Below, in pieces: positions 33,644 through 41,651 of a stretch of 59,571 nucleotides of DNA; the first letter of the stretch is position 1, and every line of letters begins with the position of its first letter. The notes beneath the pieces are model-generated. The model worked only from the letters and a program-made list of their open reading frames with translations, was not told the origin of the DNA and did not search any database. Made by a program: the position numbers and the translations under genes. The DNA comes from Saprospiraceae bacterium (GTDB taxonomy: Bacteria > Bacteroidota > Bacteroidia > Chitinophagales > Saprospiraceae), in NCBI GenBank assembly GCA_016787545.1, contig JAEUUS010000144.1:1-59571 (forward strand), written 5' to 3'.

Positions 33644-34441
33644 ATGACCCAATGTAAAAATTGCTCCACGGCATTTGAAGGTAAATTTTGCCCTGATTGT
33701 GGGCAAAAAGCCAAAACGGGCCGCATTACGCTTGGTCAGGTGGTAAAAGACCTGCAAAATCAAGTCTTTCACTTTGAGGAGGGCTTTTTATTTACTATCC
33801 GGGAATTGGTCCGACGCCCTGGTCTCATGGTAGCAGCCTATCTGGCCGGGAAACGCGCTAAACATGTCAAACCCATTAAGTTTTTGGTTTGGACCACTGC
33901 CATCAGTTTTTTGTTCCTCCATCTCATTGGATTTCAGGAGCTAATGCTCAAACAGGTCAAAGCGCAGCAACAATTGCAGGACAATTCGTCCACGATGAAC
34001 TCAGCTGTTAAAATAAACGAATGGATTAACGCCCATCCCAGCCTATTGATGCTGTTTACTGTTCCATTCATTGCCCTGGCATCCTGGTTATTGTTTCGGA
34101 AAAAGGGATATAACTATGCAGAACATTTTACAGGGGTTGCCTATCTGATGGGTATGTTGAACGTGTTCGCCATTTTTTTTACGATCTTGTATGCTTGCTT
34201 CTCTCATCTGCCAATAGATCAACTGGCTATGATAGGAACTGTACAATGGATATTTTATCTCATCTTTTATGGTTGGGCATGTACTCAATGGTTTTCAGCA
34301 AAAAAACCGTTTTGGGTAGGGGTAAAAGGCGCCCTGGTCGTATTACTGGGCTATGTTTTCCTGATTCTGGTGATGTCTGTTTTAATAGCCACCCTACTTC
34401 CTTTATTCAAACCTCAAATAGAGGCGTGGCTGGCGAAATAA
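33644..34441 (+). CDS. Zinc-ribbon membrane protein (DUF3667-like)
   Basis: 265 aa. N-terminal CKNC...CPDCGQK zinc ribbon followed by several TM helices. Confidence 0.75.
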   Translation: MTQCKNCSTAFEGKFCPDCGQKAKTGRITLGQVVKDLQNQVFHFEEGFLFTIRELVRRPGLMVAAYLAGKRAKHVKPIKFLVWTTAISFLFLHLIGFQELMLKQVKAQQQLQDNSSTMNSAVKINEWINAHPSLLMLFTVPFIALASWLLFRKKGYNYAEHFTGVAYLMGMLNVFAIFFTILYACFSHLPIDQLAMIGTVQWIFYLIFYGWACTQWFSAKKPFWVGVKGALVVLLGYVFLILVMSVLIATLLPLFKPQIEAWLAK

Positions 34442-34444
34442 TCC

Positions 34445-35176
34445 ATGGCATTTACCGAACCTGTTATTATCAGCCCTGAGGCGGCCTTCCCCGACTACCT
34501 GCGGGTGCGCACGCGCGAGCACCGTATTTTGCCCGATGAAGCGGTGGCTTTACTGCCGCAAGTAGCATCCGGGCATCCGCATGCCAAAGAATGGGCCTTG
34601 CGGGCCAAAACACTTCACCGGTTTCAACAATACCTGGACAAAAACTTCAGCAACAAACCGCTCAAAATACTCGATCTGGGCTGTGGGAACGGCTGGATGG
34701 CCCATCACCTGGCGCTGCACCCTGCCCGACAAGTGCGGGCCGCAGATGTCAACGGGCCGGAGCTGCAACAAGGCGCCCGAATATTTGGTCGGGAGAATCT
34801 GATTTTCTGGCAGGTGGATATTTTGAAAGACAAACTGCCGGAAAACGATTTTGACCTGATCGTACTGGCAGCTTCCGTGCAGTATTTTCCAGACTTAAAG
34901 GCATTGATTCGTGTCCTGAAAACCTGTCTCAAGCCAGGCGGGGAAATACACCTGCTCGACAGTCCTTTGTATGCCAATGAAGCAGCCCGGATTGCCGCCT
35001 GGGAAAGATCGAGGCAATATTACGAGGGGGTGGGCATCCCGGAGATGGCTCAGTATTATTACCACCATACCTGGCCGGAGCTAAGGACATTGGGTGCGAA
35101 AAACCTGAATAACTCGCTGATCAACAAGCTTTTTCGCCGGTTTAGGTTTCCCTGGGTGCGGATTAGGGTTGAGTAA
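34445..35176 (+). CDS. Class I SAM-dependent methyltransferase
   Basis: 243 aa. Motif I ILDLGCGNGW and post-I/II strands (LKPGGEIHLLDSP). Confidence 0.8.
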   Translation: MAFTEPVIISPEAAFPDYLRVRTREHRILPDEAVALLPQVASGHPHAKEWALRAKTLHRFQQYLDKNFSNKPLKILDLGCGNGWMAHHLALHPARQVRAADVNGPELQQGARIFGRENLIFWQVDILKDKLPENDFDLIVLAASVQYFPDLKALIRVLKTCLKPGGEIHLLDSPLYANEAARIAAWERSRQYYEGVGIPEMAQYYYHHTWPELRTLGAKNLNNSLINKLFRRFRFPWVRIRVE

Positions 35177-35702
35177 TAGAGCTTTTCCGCACAAACTCCC
35201 AGGCCACAATTCCCGCTGCCACGGCCACGTTCAGCGAATGTTTAGTGCCAAACTGCGGTATCTCCAGCGCGCCATCGCAAAGTGGTAAAACGGTTTCAGA
35301 CACCCCTTCCACTTCATTACCCATAATGAAAGCATAACGCTGATCTGGCAAGGGCTGAAACTCCTGCAACCATAACTTTTGGGTGGTTTGCTCAACCGCC
35401 AGCACCAGATAGCCTTCCTGTTTCAGCCATTGTACCGCCTGCACGGTTTCCTCAAAATAACGCCATGTTACAGATTCAGTACTGCCCAATGCCGTTTTCA
35501 GGATTTCCCGATGCGGCGGTTGTGCAGTGATACCGCACAAAATGACCTGTTCCAGCGCAAAAGCATCTGCCGTACGAAAGATGGAGCCTACATTCAATCC
35601 CGAACGCACCTCGTCCAATACCAGCGTGAGCGGGTATTTTTCCCGTGATTTAAAGTCGGGAACCGACAATCTGCCCAAGTTTTCCATGGTACTTTTTTCC
35701 AT
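35163..35702 (-). CDS. SpoU/TrmH-family RNA 2'-O-methyltransferase
   Basis: 179 aa with SPOUT motifs (NVGSIFRTADAF, IMGNEVEGVS, IPQFGTKHSLNVAVAAGI). Its 3' end overlaps the convergent gene by 14 nt. Confidence 0.88.
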   Translation of the reverse strand: MEKSTMENLGRLSVPDFKSREKYPLTLVLDEVRSGLNVGSIFRTADAFALEQVILCGITAQPPHREILKTALGSTESVTWRYFEETVQAVQWLKQEGYLVLAVEQTTQKLWLQEFQPLPDQRYAFIMGNEVEGVSETVLPLCDGALEIPQFGTKHSLNVAVAAGIVAWEFVRKSSITQP

Positions 35703-35761
35703 GACGCAAAAATGAGGAACTTCGCGCTTCTATTCCCCAAAAGGCCGCGACGATCCTCGCG

Positions 35762-37936
35762 ATGATTCAAAATAATCTTTTCAGGCTGACCCTGATTCTG
35801 TTGACCGGATTCAGCAGTATGTCTCCGCTCTTTAGTCAATCCATTGCCCTGGCCCGTTCCCAGCCGGTTGGCAGCACCATCACCGTGAGGGGACTGGTAA
35901 CCAGCGGCGCTGAACTGGGTAAAATCCGATATTTACAGGATGCCAGTGCAGGTATTGCCGCGTTCCCGGGCTCAGGTTCTGTTCCAGGCTTTGAAGCGGC
36001 CGTTAAGGCGGGCGACAGCATTGAGGTTACCGGAACCCTGGTAGATTACTTTGGTTTGCTGGAAATCACTCCCATCACGTCATTCACAGTTATTTCCAGT
36101 GGCAACCAGCTTCCATCGCCCAAACAGATCAAATTATCGGAACTGGATGAAAGCCTGGAAAGCATGTTGGTGGAGTTCAATTGTGTGTCTATGAACAGTC
36201 CGGGAGGCGTTTTTAATGCCGGAACCTATCAGATTCACGACCAGGAAGGGGAGAGCTCCGAGCTCTATTTCCGGAGCAGTCACCCGCTGCTCGGCACGCC
36301 AAGGCCGGAATTGTCGTTTCGTTTGCGGGCCATTGTTTCTGACTATCTGGGCTATCAACTTTTGCCCCGATACACCAGTGATCTGGATGAAGCCGGTTGT
36401 TTTTATCTGGTTCAACAGCCCCAGCAAAGTAACCTTCAAACCAATGGTTTTCAGCTCAACTGGCAAACCAGCCTTCCAGCTACCTGTACCGTCCATTACG
36501 GCACAACTCCTTTGCCCAACCAAATGATTCAGGTGCCGGGCGCAAACCTTGCGCATCAGCAAGTACTCAATTCCCTTAATCCGGGCTCCATTTATTGGGT
36601 ACAGGTAACCGCTCAAAACAACGGGCTCACCATCTATTCCCCCATTGTTCCTATGGTGACAGCCGCTACTTCAAGCGGTCAGATCAAAACATATTTTAAC
36701 AACGACATTGATCCCTCCTACGCCAACGGCAATGTACCCGATGGCCAGACCGACGATGAAGTGGTGGCCGAAATCATTAACCGCATCAATCAGGCACAAC
36801 AAACCCTGGATATTGCCATGTATAATAACAACCGCGCAGACCTCACCAACGCAGTTAAAGCAGCTCAGGCGCGCGGCGTGCGGGTGCGTTACGTGGCCGC
36901 TTTCGACGGGAGCAATACCGCGCTCGATCCACCGCCTAATTTCCCGGTAGTATATGGCAATGATATCGCAATAATGCACCATAAATTCATGGCCATTGAT
37001 GCCGATTTACCCAACCAATGCTGGGTCATGAGCGGCGCCATGAACTGGACCAACCAGAATATTCAATCTGATTTCAACAACATCTTATTCATTCAGGATC
37101 AATCGCTTGCACGCACTTATGAACTGGAATTTGAAGAAATGTGGGGAACTGAAGGGGACATGCCTGATGTACTGAAAAGTCGCTTTGGCGCAGCCAAAAC
37201 CAACAACACTCCCCACCTTTTCCTGATAGGCGGTCGGGAAGTGGAGTCCTATTTTTCACCTTCTGATCAAACTACTACACAGATAGAACGGGTGTTGCGC
37301 AGCGCGCAAAGCGAGGCACTTTTTGCCACGTTTTCCTTTACTAGAAATGAATTGGGGCAAGCCCTGGTTGACGTGCACCAAAACGGTGTGCCGGTGCGTG
37401 GCATCATGGAAAACATTTCGGATGCCGGCGCGGAATACGATTTCCTGCTGGACAATGGGGTGGCGGTTAAACACCACAATCTGCCAGGTGAATTCCACCA
37501 TAAATACGCTGTAATTGATGCTTACGACCTGAATTCAGATCCTGTGGTGCTTACAGGCTCGCACAATTGGTCGACTGCGGCAGAAACCGTGAACGATGAA
37601 AATACCCTGATCATTCACGACCCTGCCATTGCAGCCTTGTTCAAAGCCGAGTTTGAGAAACGTTGGGGCAGTTTTCCGGTGGCGGTACATCAGGGATTTG
37701 CGCCATCGCCCAGGGTTTATCCAAATCCCGCCAGTCAAAAGATTTGTATTGAAGGTTTGGACAGGCAGGAACTTTCCTGGATCATGAGCAATACCCTCGG
37801 GCAGCAGGTCATGCAGGGCGCCTGGACTGCTACGGATGCCCCGGAACTGAACCTGGGCACCTTGCTACCCGGACAATACCTGATCACGGTTATTTCACCT
37901 TATGGCGTTACCAGCATTCCAATTCAAAAAATTTGA
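35762..37936 (+). CDS. T9SS-secreted phospholipase D-family protein (nuclease or phospholipase) with two HKD motifs
   Basis: 724 aa with a signal peptide. OB-like N-terminal domain, FN3-like segment, HKD1 HHKFMAID (about 36977-36997), HKD2 HHKYAVID (about 37496-37519). C-terminal RVYPNPASQKICIEG...LPGQYLITV. Confidence 0.85.
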   Translation: MIQNNLFRLTLILLTGFSSMSPLFSQSIALARSQPVGSTITVRGLVTSGAELGKIRYLQDASAGIAAFPGSGSVPGFEAAVKAGDSIEVTGTLVDYFGLLEITPITSFTVISSGNQLPSPKQIKLSELDESLESMLVEFNCVSMNSPGGVFNAGTYQIHDQEGESSELYFRSSHPLLGTPRPELSFRLRAIVSDYLGYQLLPRYTSDLDEAGCFYLVQQPQQSNLQTNGFQLNWQTSLPATCTVHYGTTPLPNQMIQVPGANLAHQQVLNSLNPGSIYWVQVTAQNNGLTIYSPIVPMVTAATSSGQIKTYFNNDIDPSYANGNVPDGQTDDEVVAEIINRINQAQQTLDIAMYNNNRADLTNAVKAAQARGVRVRYVAAFDGSNTALDPPPNFPVVYGNDIAIMHHKFMAIDADLPNQCWVMSGAMNWTNQNIQSDFNNILFIQDQSLARTYELEFEEMWGTEGDMPDVLKSRFGAAKTNNTPHLFLIGGREVESYFSPSDQTTTQIERVLRSAQSEALFATFSFTRNELGQALVDVHQNGVPVRGIMENISDAGAEYDFLLDNGVAVKHHNLPGEFHHKYAVIDAYDLNSDPVVLTGSHNWSTAAETVNDENTLIIHDPAIAALFKAEFEKRWGSFPVAVHQGFAPSPRVYPNPASQKICIEGLDRQELSWIMSNTLGQQVMQGAWTATDAPELNLGTLLPGQYLITVISPYGVTSIPIQKI

Positions 37937-38624
37937 GGTTGCCCAACAAGGCGCCGCTCATCCGGTTGGCACCGACGCTGTTTTACTCGGCGCATGGGCC
38001 GATGTTGCCGGCGTGAGCCGTTTTTTGGATATAGGCACCGGCACCGGCGTGGTGGCATTGATGGCCGCTCAACGACTGGCGGCAAATACTGCCCACTGGG
38101 AAGGGTTTGGGGTGGATATTCATCCGGCGTCTATAGCGCTTGCCCGGGAAAATTTCCGGAAGAGTCCCTGGGCAGCCCACTTGCATGGTGTGGAAAGTCC
38201 GGTGCAGCAACTGAAAGGTCCGTTGCCGGCATCGTTTGATTTGATTTTGAGTAATCCGCCTTTCTTTTCTGAAACCACCACTTCTCCGGACAAAACCAGG
38301 AGTTTGGGCAGGCACACTGCGAGTCTGACGCCGCAGGAATTGCTGACAGCTGCCCTGACCTGGCTACATCCACAGGGGCGGTTTTGTGCGGTTTTACCGG
38401 CTCAGGAAGGATATCGTTTGTGCGAATTGGCGGTGCCGATGGGGTTGTACTGGACCAAAATAGTGGAAGTACACAGCAAGCCGGAAAAGCCTCTGGAACG
38501 TTTGCTGATCCAGTTGGAACGCACGCCCTACCCTATCAGCAGGGAACGTGTTTGCCTTCAGGAAGGTGCGCAACGCTCCGAGTGGTTCAGGAGCCTGGCG
38601 GCGGATTTCTATCTGGCCGGATAA
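37902..38624 (+). CDS. trmN6: tRNA1(Val) (adenine37-N6)-methyltransferase-like (YfiC family)
   Basis: 240 aa. N-terminal FQFKKFEVAQQGAAHPVGTDAVLLGAW, motif I DIGTGTGV, catalytic NPPF. The start overlaps the upstream CDS by 35 nt. Confidence 0.8.
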   Translation: MALPAFQFKKFEVAQQGAAHPVGTDAVLLGAWADVAGVSRFLDIGTGTGVVALMAAQRLAANTAHWEGFGVDIHPASIALARENFRKSPWAAHLHGVESPVQQLKGPLPASFDLILSNPPFFSETTTSPDKTRSLGRHTASLTPQELLTAALTWLHPQGRFCAVLPAQEGYRLCELAVPMGLYWTKIVEVHSKPEKPLERLLIQLERTPYPISRERVCLQEGAQRSEWFRSLAADFYLAG

Positions 38625-39414
38625 TATCTCCTACCCGGATTACGGCCGGCTCATTTCCCAACCAAATAACGTTTTGCCCAAAGAGTACCTTGTTGCCGTT
38701 TTTCCGGTAGGCAGACAGGGTTCTTAAGGGTTCCTGTGCTTTATCGGCAGATTCCTGATTAACGGTTATCATGACACATCGTCCGCAAGGTTTTACCCCT
38801 CTAAACGGAATATCGCCAATGGTAAAATCAGACCAGTTGTCTTCCTCATAAGGCTCACCACCACTGAATACCAGATTTGGCCTGAAACGATTCATAGGGA
38901 CAGGCGTTTCCAGTCTGCTGTTCAAATCGGCCAATGTAGTCTCTCCAATGATCAGGTAAGGGAATCCGTCAGCAAAACTCACTACCTGACCGTAGGGCGC
39001 ATAACGCCCGTCGGCCCGGCGGTTAGTGGTATCTGGCATGTACACTAATCGCACCAACTGTTTCAACACCCTGGAAAACCATTGATGAATGGCCTCATCC
39101 AGCAATCTGGCGGCGCAACGATCGCTCCAAACTTCCACCATGATTTTCGGATAATCTGTTGCCTGAATAGTCAGTGGAATCCTGACAACATCAGAAGGGT
39201 CATCCTTGTGGTAAACCTCCAAAAATGGCGGCGCAATGGCGGTTCGGAGCAATGCCATTTCTGGTATTTCCCGCTGCGACACAAAGCGCCCGGTATCATC
39301 CACCAGCATCCAGCGACGGTCATATTGCAATCCCCGCCGCTCCACCACCGCCTCCTGCAGCGAGATGCCGCCAAGCGATTTTATTGGAAAAAGGTTGATT
39401 TGTGTGAGTTGCAT
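38587..39414 (-). CDS. MOSC domain protein (YcbX-like)
   Basis: Start set at MQLTQINLFPIKSLGG (39414; alternative ATG at 39420). MOSC N-terminal beta-barrel plus MOSC domain (PNLVFSG, CGRCVMITVNQ). The longer ORF-track start translates tandem-repeat DNA. Confidence 0.85.
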   Translation of the reverse strand: MQLTQINLFPIKSLGGISLQEAVVERRGLQYDRRWMLVDDTGRFVSQREIPEMALLRTAIAPPFLEVYHKDDPSDVVRIPLTIQATDYPKIMVEVWSDRCAARLLDEAIHQWFSRVLKQLVRLVYMPDTTNRRADGRYAPYGQVVSFADGFPYLIIGETTLADLNSRLETPVPMNRFRPNLVFSGGEPYEEDNWSDFTIGDIPFRGVKPCGRCVMITVNQESADKAQEPLRTLSAYRKNGNKVLFGQNVIWLGNEPAVIRVGDIIRPDRNPPPGS

Positions 39415-39423
39415 GAGCATCAA

Positions 39424-39539
39424 GGGTTTGAGGGGTTTGAGGAGTTTGAGGGGTTTGAGGGGTTTGAAGGGGGGTGAGGGGTTTGAGGGGTTGTCAAATG
39501 ACAACAAATGACCCAAATGACCCAAATGACCCAAATGAC
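39424..39539. repeat. Two abutting 9-nt tandem arrays: (gggtttgag) x about 7, then (ccaaatgac) x about 5
   Basis: Read directly from the sequence. The arrays fill the whole gap between the barstar stop (39545) and the MOSC start (39414). Confidence 0.9.
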
Positions 39540-39544
39540 GCCCC

Positions 39545-39889
39545 TTACCCCTTCACGCCAATTACCCGAAATTTTACGCCATCGTAGCGGTTTTCTGGCT
39601 TTTCGGCGGCGCGGAAAACCTGGAGCAGGGCTTCTTTCTTTTCCTTTTTTTCTTTGGATAACAGTTCCCGGGCATTCCGGATGAGCAGTACAATGTCTGT
39701 ATTACCCAACACTTCCAGAGAACAAAGGCAATCGTTGAGGGCATCGAGATTATTCCCGAAATAATCCGGAAAGAGTAGCACTTTGGCAATGCGCGGGTAA
39801 AAACTCCGGAATGTTCTGGCTTTGGCGCCATCTATTTCAACCACCAGCACATGAGGTGGAAACGAGGGTATGGAATCAGACAGGTCCAT
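39545..39889 (-). CDS. Barstar-family ribonuclease inhibitor
   Basis: 114 aa. FPDYFGNNLDALNDCL and LLQVFRAA align with the barstar motifs LPEYYGENLDALWDCL and VLQVFREA. Confidence 0.88.
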   Translation of the reverse strand: MDLSDSIPSFPPHVLVVEIDGAKARTFRSFYPRIAKVLLFPDYFGNNLDALNDCLCSLEVLGNTDIVLLIRNARELLSKEKKEKKEALLQVFRAAEKPENRYDGVKFRVIGVKG

Positions 39890-39898
39890 GGTATGAGG

Positions 39899-40336
39899 TC
39901 AGTCGATTTTTAGGAATGATTTATAGTGGTCTTTGGTGTAATAGGCGCTGTGATCCGAGCCCGTAACCAATCTTTCCGGTCCGCGGTTTTGGCCCTGTTT
40001 TTTGGGATGTACGTCCCACTCGGAATACCTGATTTTTTTACCCCCGGTATCTTTTGCGGGTAACCTTTTTTCCCGATTCTGGAACTCCTTGCCACCCACA
40101 TAACCATCTGGCGCTTCGCCCTTTTTCCGCACATATTGCAATACTTCCAGCACATAATTCGGTGCTTTGGCATTGGTGGTCTGGCCACTGCCTTGTTCTG
40201 TTTTAGGTGGATTAGAATGGGGCGGCTGCACTTGTTTCTGTTGCTGCCGATGCCAGAAAAACCACACCAATAACCCCAGAACAGCCAGGATAATCAGTCG
40301 TGCGATTAATCGCTTTTGAGGAGAAGGTTGTTTCAT
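39899..40336 (-). CDS. Guanyl-specific ribonuclease (barnase / RNase Sa / N1-T1 family) with an N-terminal membrane anchor or signal
   Basis: 145 aa. The C-terminal approx. 90 aa align with RNase Sa: FQNREKRLP, YSEWDV (catalytic Glu), RGPERLV, YYTKDHYKSFLKID (catalytic His). N-terminal hydrophobic helix LIARLIILAVLGLLVWFFW. Confidence 0.9.
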   Translation of the reverse strand: MKQPSPQKRLIARLIILAVLGLLVWFFWHRQQQKQVQPPHSNPPKTEQGSGQTTNAKAPNYVLEVLQYVRKKGEAPDGYVGGKEFQNREKRLPAKDTGGKKIRYSEWDVHPKKQGQNRGPERLVTGSDHSAYYTKDHYKSFLKID

Positions 40337-40402
40337 GCCGAGAGGACAAAAGTATTGAAAAGCTGGTAAACAGCCATTCCGGCTATAGGCTCAAAAAACA
40401 GA

Positions 40403-40533
40403 GGGTGTCTCATGGGTCATTTCAGGTTAAGAAAAGTCTTGTATAATCGAGACAAATGACTTTTCAAAACGACCAATGACTAATGAGACACCCCCAACTC
40501 AAAAACTCAAACACTCAAAAACCCAAACACTCA
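40403..40533. repeat. Nested palindrome followed by a (aactcaaa)-type simple repeat
   Basis: gggtgtctcatgggtcatt at 40403-40421 pairs with aatgactaatgagacaccc at 40475-40493 (17/19). Inner hairpin gaaaagtc/gacttttc at 40431-40438 and 40458-40465. The tract aactcaaaaactcaaacactcaaaaacccaaacactca then runs to the stop at 40534. Confidence 0.75.
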
Positions 40534-41598
40534 TTAAAGCACTTTCAACAGCTCCTCTTCCAGGTTATTACGTGGGTTAACGGCCACAATTTTGCCGTCT
40601 TTGCCAATCAGAAATGTTTTAGGAATGGAACGCACGCCATAAAGTGCTGCCGGAGCAGAATCCCAGAACTGCAGATCGCTCACGTGGTTTGGCCAAACCA
40701 ACCCGTCTTGTTTGATCGCGTCAATCCATTTTTGTTTGCCATCCTGTTTGTCCAGCGATACGCTGAACACATCAAAACCTTTGTCTTTGTACTTGTTGTA
40801 CACTTCCACCACATGTGGATTGGCTTTGCGACATGGGCCACACCAGGAAGCCCAGAAGTCAAGCAACACCACCTTACCTTTTAGAGAAGACAATGCACGA
40901 ACCTTACCACTGGGATCAGGAAGGCTTATATCCGGAGCGGGTTGACCAACCTGAATGGTTTCTCCTGCCATTTGCTGGTTTTGTTGAGATTCCATCCGGG
41001 TTACCATGGAGGCAAAATCGGTGGCATATTTGGAGCCAGGCATTGCGGCTGACAAAGCAGCGGATTGTGCTTTAAAGTCGGCCATAAACGGCCCTGCGCT
41101 CTGTCCAAGCAATTGTGTAGTCAGGAAAGCTTTGGTCAGTTCCGTACAACCGCGGTCAATGAATGATTTCGCCTCTTGTGGACTTTTCAGTTGGGCTTTG
41201 ATCAAATCACGGATAATACCTGCATAACAATTCATGGTTTCTGAACCGGTAACCTGCATTTCCATCCGATCAATACTGGCCAAATCTGCTGTAATGTTTA
41301 CAACAGATTCTTTACCATCAAGGATAAAATAAACCTGCTTTGCGCCAATTTTCAAGCGATATAATCCTTCTTCCCAGGGTTTATCCGATTTGATTTCGAA
41401 AGCGCCATTGGCATCGCAGGTTGCTCTGCCGAGCCCCACGGTAGAACGATCAAAATGCGCCAAATCCAGATTCACCTGGAGGTTGGATGCGCCGGAAACA
41501 GTGCCTTTCATCACATGACCGTTAGCCTGACCATCACAGGCAAAAAAAACGGCTACCAGCGGCAGCATTAACAAAAACAATGATTTAAACTTATTCAT
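40534..41598 (-). CDS. TlpA/AhpC-like thiol:disulfide oxidoreductase lipoprotein with an N-terminal DUF4369-like domain
   Basis: Start at MNKFKSLFLLMLPLVAVFFAC (lipobox). Thioredoxin fold with WASWCGPC. Confidence 0.88.
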   Translation of the reverse strand: MNKFKSLFLLMLPLVAVFFACDGQANGHVMKGTVSGASNLQVNLDLAHFDRSTVGLGRATCDANGAFEIKSDKPWEEGLYRLKIGAKQVYFILDGKESVVNITADLASIDRMEMQVTGSETMNCYAGIIRDLIKAQLKSPQEAKSFIDRGCTELTKAFLTTQLLGQSAGPFMADFKAQSAALSAAMPGSKYATDFASMVTRMESQQNQQMAGETIQVGQPAPDISLPDPSGKVRALSSLKGKVVLLDFWASWCGPCRKANPHVVEVYNKYKDKGFDVFSVSLDKQDGKQKWIDAIKQDGLVWPNHVSDLQFWDSAPAALYGVRSIPKTFLIGKDGKIVAVNPRNNLEEELLKVL

Positions 41599-41651
41599 TT
41601 TCAAGAATTTATGAATTAATTTAGCAAACAAAACGGATGTATGTCAAAAGT

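Noticed and set aside
39415-39534. N-terminal extension of the MOSC ORF (MGHLGHLGHLLSFDNPSNPSPPFKPLKPLKLLKPLKPL...) suggested by the ORF track
   Set aside because: The peptide is a direct translation of the 9-nt tandem arrays (periodic HLG and KPL). The canonical MOSC N-terminus MQLTQINLFPIKSLGG starts at 39414.
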